Shown here one piece after another: positions 26,884-38,965 of a DNA stretch of 64,000 nucleotides. The stretch comes from Eledone cirrhosa (taxonomy: Eukaryota). How positions within the stretch are numbered: the stretch's first letter is position 1; every line of letters begins with the position of its first letter. The notes under the pieces are model-generated. The model was given only the letters and a program-made list of their open reading frames with translations, made no database searches and was not told the DNA's origin. Where the stretch lies: NCBI GenBank assembly GCA_964016885.1, contig OZ024757.1, positions 4,960,001-5,024,000 on the forward strand, written 5' to 3'. Both the position numbers and the translations under genes were made by a program.

Positions 26884-27279
26884 TATATATTTATATATAT
26901 TTATATACACTCATAATTATGTTTATATATTTATAAATATACATTTATATATATAAAGATATATATTCTCTTACGTGTATACGTCTGAAAATGTATATAT
27001 GTATGTAAACACATACCAAAACATACATGTATACATATAGATGGACAGTTATATATATACAATAACTTATTTATATACATATATATACCCCAAGTAAGGC
27101 ATGGTGTTGCCAACTAACCAGACCTCCCTCATAATGGACCAGCTAGATCCCCAAATACAGGCCTGCTAGCCAACACACAGTCCCAATAAGTGTAAGTTAC
27201 AGCACAGCTATCTGGACAGACTTGTCTTAAGACTACTCATTATCCCACTACATCTTTTGTGTACTATATATATACTGTT

Positions 27280-27311
<32 letters not shown>

Positions 27312-27739
27312 ATTGTGTATTCAAACATTATCCTAGTAATGAAATAATTAATAATTTTAGTAAATTGTTCAAAATTCTTCATTAACCCTTTTGGTAGAAA
27401 CCCAGCCAAAATTGGTTCTCGTTCTTTGGAAATGGTTCCTATCTAAATTAAAGTCTTCCAACGAAATTCTATATAACAACCATATGTTATGTTACTATGT
27501 TAGTAATTAACTAACAATTGTGATAAATAGCTCATAATTAGTCATAATTATTTGAAGTACGAGGTTCATAATTATAATAAAATCTTCGAACAGGCTACGA
27601 AGCCGGGAAACCTGAAAGGTACGCAACACACACATCGCTATAGCGTTTCACCAGCCAATTCCTTCCTCAATCATTACATAGATGCGTGTGTATGTAATAA
27701 TTATTTTGTATTGTGTGTCTGTTTATGTATATGTATGAG

Positions 27740-28125
27740 TAGATGTGTAACCCATTAGATGTGTGTGTATGTAACTCAGTAGATGTGTGTGTATGTAACT
27801 CAGTAGATGTGTGTGTATGTAACACAGTAGATGTGTGTGTATGTAACTCAGTAGATGTGTGTGTATGTAACTTACTAGATGTGCGTGTATGTAACACAGT
27901 AGACATGTGTGTATGTAACACAGTAGATGTGTGTGTATGTAACACAGTAGATGTGTGTATGTAACATAGGAGATGTGTATATAACTCAGTAGATGTGTAT
28001 GTAACTCAGTAGATATGTGTGTGTAACACAGAAGTGTGTGTGTATATATAACACAGTAGTTGTGTGTATATGTAACACAGTAGATGTGTGTGTATGTAAC
28101 ACAGTAGATGTGTATGTAACTAAAG
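27740..28125. repeat. 24-bp minisatellite
   Basis: Unit GTAGATGTGTGTGTATGTAAC(A/T)CA. Confidence 0.9.
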
Positions 28126-28974
28126 TGTAACGTACGTTACGAATGGACGACTAAATGATTTTAACTTGTTTTTTAACAATTGATGGTGGAAAATATTTTA
28201 AATTGTCTTAACTCAAACCATAAAGGGCCGCAATACAGGGAGTCTGACACTCTTACCGGCTACATAGTCTGGGAGTTTATTTTACCGGGACCGGCTACAT
28301 AGCTTCTTCCTAACATCTTCCAACATAATTTTATACAAGAACCACATGTTAAGTTACTAATAAAATAATTAATAATTAAAAACTTTAGTAAATCCTTCCA
28401 ATGATATCTCAGTAATGAAATAATTAATAATTGTTATAAATACCTCAAAATTCCTCATTAATTAAACCCAAGACAGGTAAAAACTCCAGAGTCTTGCAGT
28501 CGGACATGAAAGAAATTAATTTCTAATGGAAGAAAAGATTTTAAAGTCAGCCAAGGGAGATCACTCTCAGCGACTTATTGTAATTCTTGTTCGTGAATTA
28601 ATCCGGATTCTCATTCCTGTGTATTTTATGTGGAGGAAACCGGTTTTAGGCGGTGATAGCACGCATTACATGAACGTATGGTTCGTGAGTTCGAATCCCA
28701 GACGGGTGGTCTGTACGTTGAGGCCTTGAACAAGACACATTATTTCTCATTGTTTTATTTCACCCAACCGGAAAAATAATAAGTTGTACCATAATTATAG
28801 TGGAAACGTTGTTACATAGAATTGAAACACTGAATCTCCCTGAGAACAATGTCAACGGTGTACGTGTCAATGAAATACTCAGACACATTATAATATAAGA
28901 TGGGTTCTACATGTATTTCAAAGGGAAGCCATGTCATACGTCTCGCTGAATCTCCCTGAGAACTACGTATATAC

Positions 28975-29232
28975 TAGTGACTATCAGACATAGTGTATTT
29001 AGTACTACATTATCTAATATAGAGTACAGTAGTTAGTATTAGTGGCTATCAGACATAGTAAATCTAGGACTACATTATCTAATGTACAGTAAAGTAATTA
29101 GTATTAATGGCTCTCAGACATAGTGTATCTAGGACTACATTATCTAATGTACAGTATAGTGGCTATCAGACATAGTTTACCTAGGACTACATTATCTAAT
29201 GTATAGTAAAGGAGTTAGTATTTGTGGCTATC
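28975..29232. repeat. ~50-65-bp tandem repeat x4
   Basis: GGCTATCAGACATAGT...TAGGACTACATTATCTAATGTA repeated. Confidence 0.8.
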
Positions 29233-29393
29233 ATTATTATAGACTGAGTTCAAATCCCGCCGAGGTTAACTTTGCCTTTCATCCTTACGGGGTCGATAAA
29301 ATAAAGTACCAGTAATGTACTGAGTAATTGCTGGCCTAGTGCCTAAAGTAGAAACAATTATTATAGACTTCAAGTAAATCTTTGCCAACTTAC

Positions 29394-29591
29394 CTCCTTC
29401 ACATATAATCAATGTGTTGTGTTGTTAGTTGTTACTAAACAAGCAAAGAAATAATCTCTTTGTTATCAAATTAGAAGTTTAATGTTATCAGCTTTATTTC
29501 ACGACATTAACGTTGGTTTATCTTCTTCATCTTTAGTCATAAATTGATATCTTGTCAGAATGAAGTAGTGAGGCTGACTTTGTGTCTTTAG
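29394..29591 (-). other. Extra copy of the predicted non-coding 5' exon (module 29360-30075)
   Basis: Paralog of 6047-6245 with intact splice sites. No finger exon lies between it and the 24-kb module. Confidence 0.55.
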
Positions 29592-30538
29592 CTACAGATT
29601 AGATAGGAAATATATATATATTAGGTTGATATGTGGTCTAAAATATATATATTGTCTATAAATGACTGATAGCAGATGTTCTGGTGAAATAGTAGTTTTA
29701 CTACTACAGATTGTAATGGAACTCTTAGTAGACACAATTGTAAAGTAAGAATAGATATGACAGTGTAAGACTGATGTCGGGGAGAGAAAATTGTGTATAT
29801 ATATATATATAAAATTGTTACACAAGATATAATTACATTAATTAAAGTTATAATGAAGACAGCAGGTACTCGGTGTCGTTGAGAATGTTTCACCTCTCGT
29901 ACCGGTGTCATACGTTAAAAGTCCCCAATATAATTCAATACATTCTGACACAGTCCCAATCGTAGCTAATCGATGGTCAATCATAAAGTATCACTCAGTA
30001 AAATATTAATTATATATCTATAAGAAAACTTCTACATGGTTACTCACTCTGCTAGAAATAGCAGTGAAATTATCATCTATTTGCCAGGCACACACCATAA
30101 ACTTTACTGGGGAGGGATAACATCTAGCCTCCACCACTAGTTCCTGCACCTTACCTGTAAGGGTTGTGATGTTCCAGGTTCCAACTGTTAAGGCTTGCTA
30201 CCTTCCAGACCCTCTTTGGGGTCTCAGGATAGGCAACATTTGAGCGTCCATCCCACGCCTCCCAGGACAGGGTGCAGGCTCATCACAAGTTTTTGCAGCA
30301 TGAAATGGAGACTGCAATATATTTTTCGAACAGGCCCCTCTACTGAAGGCCTTGACATGTCTCTTATTAACCTACGCAAAGGGTAGTGTGGTATGGCTTT
30401 TCTACAGAAACAGAAGTTGGAATCAAAAGGTTTGATAGAAAACTTACCCAAAACTAATATAATAGTAAGTAGGAAGAAGACAGGACCTTGATTCCCACGG
30501 GGAAGTTGCCCTGTTCAATATTTAGAAAAGAAGTCGGC

Positions 30539-32180
30539 ATAAACTCTACAGAATGTACACAATGTAGACATAAACTCTATACAATGTACACAATGTAGGT
30601 ATAAACTCTATACAATGTCCACAATGTAGGTATAAACTCTATACAAATGTACACAATGTAGACATAAACTCTATACAATGTACACAATGTAGACATAAAC
30701 TCTATACAATGTACACAATGTAGGTATAAACTCTATACAATGTACACAATGTAGATATAACCTCTATACAATGTACACAATGTAGGTATAACCTCTATAC
30801 AATGTACACAATGTAGGCATAACCTCTATACAATGTACACAATGTAGACATAAACTCTATACAATGTACACAATGTAGGTATAAACTCTATACAATGTAC
30901 ACAATGTAGGTATATACTCTATACAATGTACACAATGTAGGTATATACTCTATACAATGTACACAATGTAGACACAAACTCTATACAATGTATACAATGT
31001 AGGTATAAACTCTATACAATGTACACAATGTAGACATAAACACAATACAATGTACACAATGTAGACATAAACTCTATACGATGTACACAATGTAGACATA
31101 AACTCTATACAATGTACACAATGTAGGTATAAACTCTATACAATGTCCACAATGTAGGTATAAACTCTATACAAATGTACACAATGTAGACATAAACTCT
31201 ATACAATGTACACAATGTAGACATAAACTCTATACAATGTACACAATGTAGGTATAAACTCTATACAATGTACACAATGTAGGTATAACCTCTATACAAT
31301 GTACACAATGTAGGCATAACCTCTATACAATGTACACAATGTAGACATAAACTCTATACAATGTACACAATGTAGGTATAAACTCTATACAATGTACACA
31401 ATGTAGGTATATACTCTATACAATGTACACAATGTAGGTATATACTCTATACAATGTACACAATGTAGACACAAACTCTATACAATGTATACAATGTAGG
31501 TATAAACTCTATACAATGTACACAATGTAGACATAAACACAATACAATGTACACAATGTAGACATAAACTCTATACAATGTCCACAATGTAGGTATAAAC
31601 TCTATACAATGTACACAATGTAGGTATAAACTCTATACAATGTACACAATGTAGACATAAACTCTATACAACGTACACAATGTAGGTATAACCTCTATAC
31701 AATGTCCACAATGTAGGTATAAACTCTATACAATGTACACAATGTAGACATAAACTCTATACAATGTACACAATGTAGGTATAAACTCTATACAATGTAC
31801 ACAATGTAAGTATAAACTCTATACAATGTACACAATGTAGGTATAAACTCTATACAATGTACACAATGTAGGTATAAACTCTATACAATGTACACAATGT
31901 AGACATAACCTCTATACAATGTACACAATGTAGGTATAAACTCTATACAATGTACACAATGTAAGTATAAACTCTATACAATGTACACAATGTAGGTATA
32001 AACTCTATACAATGTACACAATGTAGGTATAAACTCTATACAATGTACACAATGTAAGTATAAACTCTATACAATGTACACAATGTAAGTATAAACTCTA
32101 TACAATGTACACAATGTAGGTATAAACTCTATACAATGTACACAAGTAGATATAAACTCTACAGAATGTACACAATGTAA
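30539..32180. repeat. 31-bp minisatellite, about 53 copies
   Basis: Unit ATAAACTCTATACAATGTACACAATGTAG(GT/AC), starting at 30539, 30570, 30601 and onward. Confidence 0.95.
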
Positions 32181-32461
32181 ATCTTGGATACACAAGTGAT
32201 GTAATGGGATATAGGGTAGGCTAACAAGAAAGGAAGAGCGTCAATGATATAAGCCTATTCCAACAACAGAAAGGATCCATAGAAGTGGTTGATAGCTTCT
32301 GTTATCTAGGTGACTTAATTAGCAGCAGAGGAGGGCACCCTGAGAACATAATAGCTAGAATAAGGAGAGGATGGGGGAAGTTTAGAAAGCTACTCCCACT
32401 GTTGATAAATGTTTTCTCCCTATGTACAAAAGGATGACTGTATGATGTCTGTGTATGAATT

Positions 32462-32778
32462 GTGGTGCTACATGGGCTGTGACTGCAGAGGACATGTGGT
32501 GCTACATGGTAGTGAAACATGGGCTGTGACTGCAGAGGATATGTGGTGCTACATGGTAGTGAAACATGGGCAGTGACTGCAGAGGATATGTGGTGCTACA
32601 TGGTAGTGAAACATGGGCTGTGACTGCAGAGGACATGTGGTGCTACATGGTAGTGAAACATGGGCAGTGACTGCAGAGGATATGTGGTTCTACATGTTTG
32701 TGAAACATGGGCAGTGACTGCAGAGGACATGTGGTGCTACATGGTAGTGAAACATGGACAGTGACTGCAGAGGATATG
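32462..32778. repeat. 47-bp tandem repeat, about 6-7 copies
   Basis: Unit GTGGTGCTACATGGTAGTGAAACATGGGCAGTGACTGCAGAGGATAT (RTE VVLHGSETWAVTAED). Confidence 0.9.
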
Positions 32779-34020
32779 CATTGTCTTGAAAGAAATGAAG
32801 CAGCCATGCTTCAGTGGATGTGGAAGAAAGACAGAGCTTGGATGAACTGAGGGAGAAACTGGGTTTAAGAGTAATCCGAAGTGGTGTGCAAGAGAGAAGA
32901 CTGTGTTGGTACGGACATTTGGTGTACATAGATGATGATCATTGGGTGAAGAAGTGCCAGGGAATCCCAGTGGAATGAAGCTACAGTAGAGGTAGACCAA
33001 GAAAGACCTGGACAGAGGTGATGAAAGCTGATCTCATATTACTGAGATTCACAGAGGAGATGACAGAGGAATGGGGAAAGTGGAGAGATTTTGTGCTGAA
33101 ATGGACCCATCCAACCCATGCAAGTATTGGAAAACTGTTGTAAAAAGGATAATGATGGTGATGATATATATGATGCTGTATGCAGGAGAGGAGATTACAT
33201 TGATATGGACATGTGATGTGTATAAAGGATGACAGCAGTATACAAAGATGCAGGTTACTCAAAGTTGATGGAAGCTATGGAGTAGACTTGGGGTGAGGTG
33301 ATAAAAGCTGACTTTGCACAATTACACATCTCACAAATGATGACACAGGATTGAGATATCTGGCATTATGTAGTTATACCGAGGACTTGCCCTCCAATGT
33401 GCATGGTTAAAGTATACATCTAGTATGCACATCCTACCATACCCTCCCCCTTTCACCCAATTCCCACGCCCTAACATACCTCCCTCCACCCATGTCCTAA
33501 CACTCCACATACACCCAAACACCCCACCCTTCACCAGATAAGTGCCCACATTTGATCAATCTCCCCACCCCAGCCCATAGTCGACACTGTAATGTGATTG
33601 TCTTGGTGCCACAACAAAAAGTATCCAGTCCATACTGTAAAGTAGTCATTTTGGTGTCATGATAGAGCCCAGTCCACACTGTGGTCATTTTGGTGATACT
33701 GAAGAAAGCATCCAGTACACACTGCAAATGGAGTTGGCGTTATGAAGGCTATTCAGTCATGGAAACCAAGATACGGTCATCTGATCTGAATTGGGGTTGA
33801 TTTAATCAGATTTGCTCCTCTCCTAAATCTGCTGCTCTTGAGCCTAATTTACAAATCAATAGAGATTTAACTAGTTTTAGCAAATAATATTTGTTGCTTC
33901 ATATTTCTTGAAACATTTCTTATAATTGACTGTGACTAACAACAATCAGTAAACTATACCATCACTACCCCAAACCTGGACAGTGTGGGAGGATTCTCTC
34001 AGGCATGGAGAACATTAGGT

Positions 34021-34800
34021 ACCAAGTCTGACAATTGTCTCCACCACTATAGTTTAACAAGACACTCCTGTGTGTGGCCAACTCCACCCTGATAACAGTT
34101 AGTAAGGAGGTGGTATAGGGACCAAGTCTGACAATTGTCTCCACCACTATAGTTTAACAAGACACTCCTGTGTGTGGCTAACTCCACCCTGATAACAGTT
34201 AGTAGGGAGGTGGTATAGGGACCAAGTCTGACAATTGTCTCCACCACTATAGTTTAACAAGACACTCCTGTCTGTGGCTAACTCCACCCTGATAACAGTT
34301 AGTAGGGAGGTGGTATAGGGACCAAGTCTGACAATTGTCTCCACCACTATAGTTTAACAAGACACTCCTGTGTGTGGCTAACTCCACCCTGATAACAGTT
34401 AGTAGGGAGGTGGTATAGGGACCAAGTCAGACAATTGTCTCCACCACTATAGTTTAACAAGACACTCCTGTGGGTGGCTAACTCCACCCTGATAACAGTT
34501 AGTAGGGAGGTGGTATAGGGACCAAGTCTGACAATTGTCTCCACCACTATAGTTTAACAAGACACTCCTGTCTGTGGCTAACTCCACCCTGATAACAGTT
34601 AGTAGGGAGGTGGTATAGGGACCAAGTCAGACAATTGTCTCCACCACTATAGTTTAACAAGACACTCCTGTGGGTGGCTAACTCCACCCTGATAACAGTT
34701 AGTAGGGAGGTGGTATAGGGACCAAGTCTGACAATTGTCTCCACCACTATAGTTTAACAAGACACTCCTGTGAGTGGCTAACTCCACCGTGATAATAGTT
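34021..34800. repeat. 100-bp tandem repeat, about 7.8 copies, highly homogeneous
   Basis: ACCAAGTC(T/A)GACAATTGTCTCCACC at 34021, 34121 and every 100 bp to 34721. Confidence 0.95.
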
Positions 34801-35159
34801 AGATGGATGTTAGATGTATTAAAACTACTTACAAGATGATATCATTACATATAGTGTTAATAACAGAGATTTAGATGGGTGTTAGATGTATTAAAACTAC
34901 TTACAAGATGATATCATTACATATGGTGTTAATAACAGAGATTTAGATGGCAAAATAACAAAAAATTGAAGATACAGACTTGATAAATTCCTTAAATATA
35001 ATTCTTTAATTAACATCATATAGAATGAAATTTAGGACATAAATACTATTTACAAAATTAATTATGAAAAATTAATAAATTGTTTACAAAACAATGAAAT
35101 CAATAAAAATAAGGGAGTCAGAAAGAAAAAGGAAAACAGGTAAAACTACTCCTTCAATT

Positions 35160-35640
35160 ACTGTAACAGAGAATGTTGGTGTTACCCTCTAAAATTTCTG
35201 AGACTAGAAACTCACAGCATTACCTCATGTGATAGAGGGCCCTCCAATTACACACTACAACAGGCAATGTTGGTGTAGGCCTCTAAAAGTTATCAAAGCA
35301 GAGAAGACATTACCTCAGGTGATAGAGGGTCCCTTAATTACACACTACAACAGGCAATGTTGGTGTAGGCCTCTAAAATTCATCATAGCAGAGAAGACAT
35401 TACCTCAGGTGATAGAGTGTCCCTTAATTACACATGACAAGAGGGAATGTTGGTGTAGGGGTCTAAAATTCATAATAGCAGAAAAGACATTATCTCAGAT
35501 GATAGAGGGTCCCTTAATTACACACACTACAACAGGGAATGTTGGTGTAGGCCACTAAGATTTAACATAGCAGACAAGACATTACCTTATGTAATAGAGG
35601 GTCCCTTAATTACACACACTATAGCAGGGAATGTTGGTGT
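35160..35640. repeat. ~90-bp tandem repeat x5 downstream of ZNF-3
   Basis: CATTACCTCAGGTGATAGAGGGTCCCTTAATTACACACTACAACAGG.AATGTTGGTGTAGG repeated. Confidence 0.85.
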
Positions 35641-36051
35641 TGACAAACCAAGGCTGAAATTTCTGGCATAGATTTAAAATTAATTCAAAAAGTCAAGAAT
35701 AGATCAGAGAAAGATTTTAATTTCGAATGAAAATATAATTGTAAAAATGGCCAGCAATATTTGGAGTCTATCAAACTGCCAAGTATTCACATTTGATATT
35801 GGTGGAAAATAAGTTTAGATTTGTAAGAGGAAGGATGTCTCATGTTTCACAGTTAAAAACTTTCCTTCCTCTGTGTGTTTGTGTCTAAGTAATTGTTAAA
35901 GAAAAAACATTTCCAACATATTTCACTGTGTAAAAGGTTTATTTCTCACATATTTCAGTGATAGGGTTTCTCTACAGTGTGTGTTGTTTTGTGTGTAGTT
36001 AAGACATTACTCCAACTAAAAGATTTCCCACATATTTCAGTGATAAGGTTT

Positions 36052-37193
36052 CTATCCAGTGTGTGTTCTTTTGTGTTTAATTAAGACATTACTCCTGCCA
36101 AAAGATTTCCCACATATTTCACAGTGATAGGGTCTCTCTTCAGTGTGTGTTCTTTTATGCGTAGTTAAGACATTACTCCAGCTAAAAGATTTCCCACATA
36201 TTTCACAGTGATAGGGTCTCTCTCCATTGTGTGTTCTTTTGTGTTTATTATAATTACTGTTACTAATAAAAAATTTCCCGCATATTTCACAGTGGAAAGG
36301 CTTTTCTCCAGTGTGAGTACGTATGTGGACAATGAGATCAGGAGAATTTGTAAAAGATTTCCCACATATTTCACAGTGATAGGGTTCCTCTCCAGTGTGT
36401 GTTCTTTTGTGTACAGTTAAAGAACGGCTTGTTACAAAAGATTTCCCACATATTTCACAGTGATAGGGTTCCTCTCCAGTGTGTGTTCTTTTGTGTACAG
36501 TTAAAGAACGGCTTGTTACAAAAGATTTCCCACATATTTCACAGTGATAGAGTTTCTCTCCAGAGTGTGTTATTTTATGTATATTTAAAGCACTGCTTCT
36601 TACAAAAGATTTTCCACATATTTGACAATGGAAGTGTTTCTCTCCAGTGTGTCTTCTTCTGTGAACTAAAAGAACAGCACTATCAGCAAAATATTTCCCA
36701 CATATTTCACAGTGAAAAGGTTTCTCTCCGGTGTGAATACGTATATGTCTAACAAGATTAGCTTTCTCAGCGAAAGATTTCCCACATATTTCACAGTGAA
36801 ATGGTTTTTCCCCACTGTGACTACGTAAATGCCTAATTAAATTGGTATTTTGGCTGAAAGATTTCCCACATGTTTCACATTTGAAAGGTTTTTCTCCAGT
36901 GTGTGTTCTTTTGTGGTTAGTCAAGTCACCACTCCAAGTGAAAGATTTCCCACATATCTCACATTGATAGGGTTTGTCTTTAATATGTATGTGTTTGTGT
37001 GTAGATAATTCATCTTCTGATGAGAAAGTTTTCCTACAAATCTCACAGTTATATTCAGGAATATTTCTGTGTAATGATCCTTGTTCAGTACGTTTTACTA
37101 GGTAAAGGTTTCTCACCACTGTATGCCTGTGTAACTATCTATATTGGTAGAAACAGGAGTGGTAGAAATGTCCAAGTGTTTAACGTGCTCCAT
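36052..37193 (-). CDS. C2H2 zinc-finger gene ZNF-3 (12 fingers); start codon out of frame
   Basis: ORF 36052-37119 has 12 CxxC..HxxxH fingers with TGEKP linkers and no in-frame ATG. ATG 37193 (MEHVKHLD..) follows a likely acceptor at 37222/37221 but is in another frame. Decayed fingers continue past the stop (35850-36050). Confidence 0.8.
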
Positions 37194-37603
37194 AGTAATT
37201 CTTGAAGAATTCTTCGAAGTTCTGAAGATATATGACTGTGTAAGACAGATGTTGGTATAAGAAAGTGTAAGAGAGAGTGTGTGTGTGTGTGTTTGTGTCT
37301 TAATAAATGAGGATTGTTCACCACGGAGTGTAGTAAAGTACACAATATCTGCTGTGGTAACAATACAAATGATACGTACTTTATATTTCAAGTCCAAGTG
37401 TAAAGTCAAGAAAGACCAGGAAAGGTAATTGTTCAGATGTTGGTGATTTAAACCTATTTCTCACTGTCCTGTAAAATGTGGAACAACCAATTCACGATGT
37501 GGCGTAGTTTCTCATGAAATGAAATATTTAATCATGTAGGAGATGGAACACCTACCCTGGAACATGTAGCTCACTCTATCTTATCTACAGAATATTAACT
37601 TTC

Positions 37604-38065
37604 GGCACTACATGCTATTAGCTGTCACAAGTGAAAGTTCCGTCAACCTTCTCAATCGTAAACATCCTTTATTTCCGTATTACCACGCTTTATTTTAATA
37701 AAGCATATCGATGTCAGTGGAGTTGTTAATTAAATGAAAATATAGGTGGTCCTTAAAAGGGCAAGATTAGAAAACAAGTCATGGTTATCAAATAAATTGG
37801 ATTTAATCATTTATATTTTCATAGTCATGGTTATCAATTTCATGTATAGGGTTGGTGAAAGAAATTTGATAACCATATATTTGTTTATAAACTTAAATTT
37901 CTTTTCTAATTTGTCCCCTTTTAAGGACCACCTATATTTCCATTTAAGTAACACCACTGACATCGATATGCTTTATTAAAATAACCCGTGGTAATACGGA
38001 AATAAAGGATGTTTACTATTGAGAAGGTTGACGAAATTTGTGACAGCTAATAGCATGGTAGTGCC
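37604..38065. mobile_element. Foldback MITE, same family as 23103-23724
   Basis: GGCACTACATGCTATTAGCTGTCACAA / TTGTGACAGCTAATAGCATGGTAGTGCC. Shares GTCAACCTTCT..ATCCTTTATTTCCGTAT and AAAATATAGGTGG.CCTTAAAAGGG. Confidence 0.8.
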
Positions 38066-38682
38066 AATTAAATTATAAATTACAAATTAACATCGAAAAA
38101 TAAGTAAAATAAAATATTACGGTCCTCAATACAGGTGGACCGCCCTGTCTTGCACTAACATAGTCTCCAACGTAGAATGTTTTCTTTTTTACCAGTGTTT
38201 AATATATATATTTTTTTAATCCTATTGTAAAGATTATGTTGAAATTCTGAAAATCTAATAAATGTATGATTTTGAAAATAAAAAAATTTAAAGGAAGTAA
38301 TTTTGTACTCTCATAAGAGGAGGATAGAGTAATAGAAGTAAAGAGAGGGTGAGAACTAAGAAGTTGATAGAGTAATAGATGTAAAGAGAGGGGGAGAAAT
38401 AAGAGGGAGAAAGAGTTATAGATGTAAAGAGAGGGCCAGAACTAAGGGGTAGATAGAGTAATAGATGTAAAGAGAGGGTGAGAAATACACGGAAGAGAAA
38501 AAGATTTAAAGAGAGGGGGAGAAGGACGAAATAGATAGACATAAAAATGTAAAGAGAGGGGGAGAGTGTGACTCGCATTTATCTGTCTATCTCTCTTTTT
38601 TTTTCTCCTTCCTTATATCGTAGTCTCTCACCGCTCCTCCGCAAAGCCGATCGCCGCGCCCTCTTTTCACTTTTTCAGTCAC

Positions 38683-38920
38683 CTGGAACTAAGTAAAAAG
38701 AGTAGGATATAAGTCGAGAAGAGCCGGAGAGGGTGAGATTCGAACCATGTAAAGTCGTAAGCCCTTGAGGTTCGTACGGGCTGCTACTGACTGGACAACC
38801 CGGGCAGCAAGGCAAATCGCGCTGAAAATAAAGCTTATATTGAGCAAAAAAAAAATTTCCCTGTCGTGTCGCCATCTTGTTTGTTGTTCTTTTATTTTAT
38901 GTAAACATTCGCTGCTCTAG
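38683..38920 (-). promoter_or_regulatory. Probable promoter/first exon of ZNF-3
   Basis: CpG-richer patch with YY1-type CAAGATGGCG (minus strand, 38870-38879) and donor CAG|GTGACT at 38683/38682. Confidence 0.5.
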
Positions 38921-38965
38921 CGTCTTATTTCCTGTTAAATTACATTTAATTCCATTTGAATAAAC

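Larger units (their letters stand above)
30380..33170 (+). mobile_element. RTE LINE fragment hosting two tandem arrays
   Basis: LESKGL..NL.KT and PCSI remnants before the array. After it: SWIHK, DSFCYLGD, LHGSETW, RGRPRKTW and a GAT tail. Confidence 0.8.

Noticed and set aside
33965-34747. Repeated 66-aa ORFs MVETIVRLG…
   Set aside because: Artefact of the 100-bp tandem repeat: non-ATG starts and a unit length not divisible by 3.
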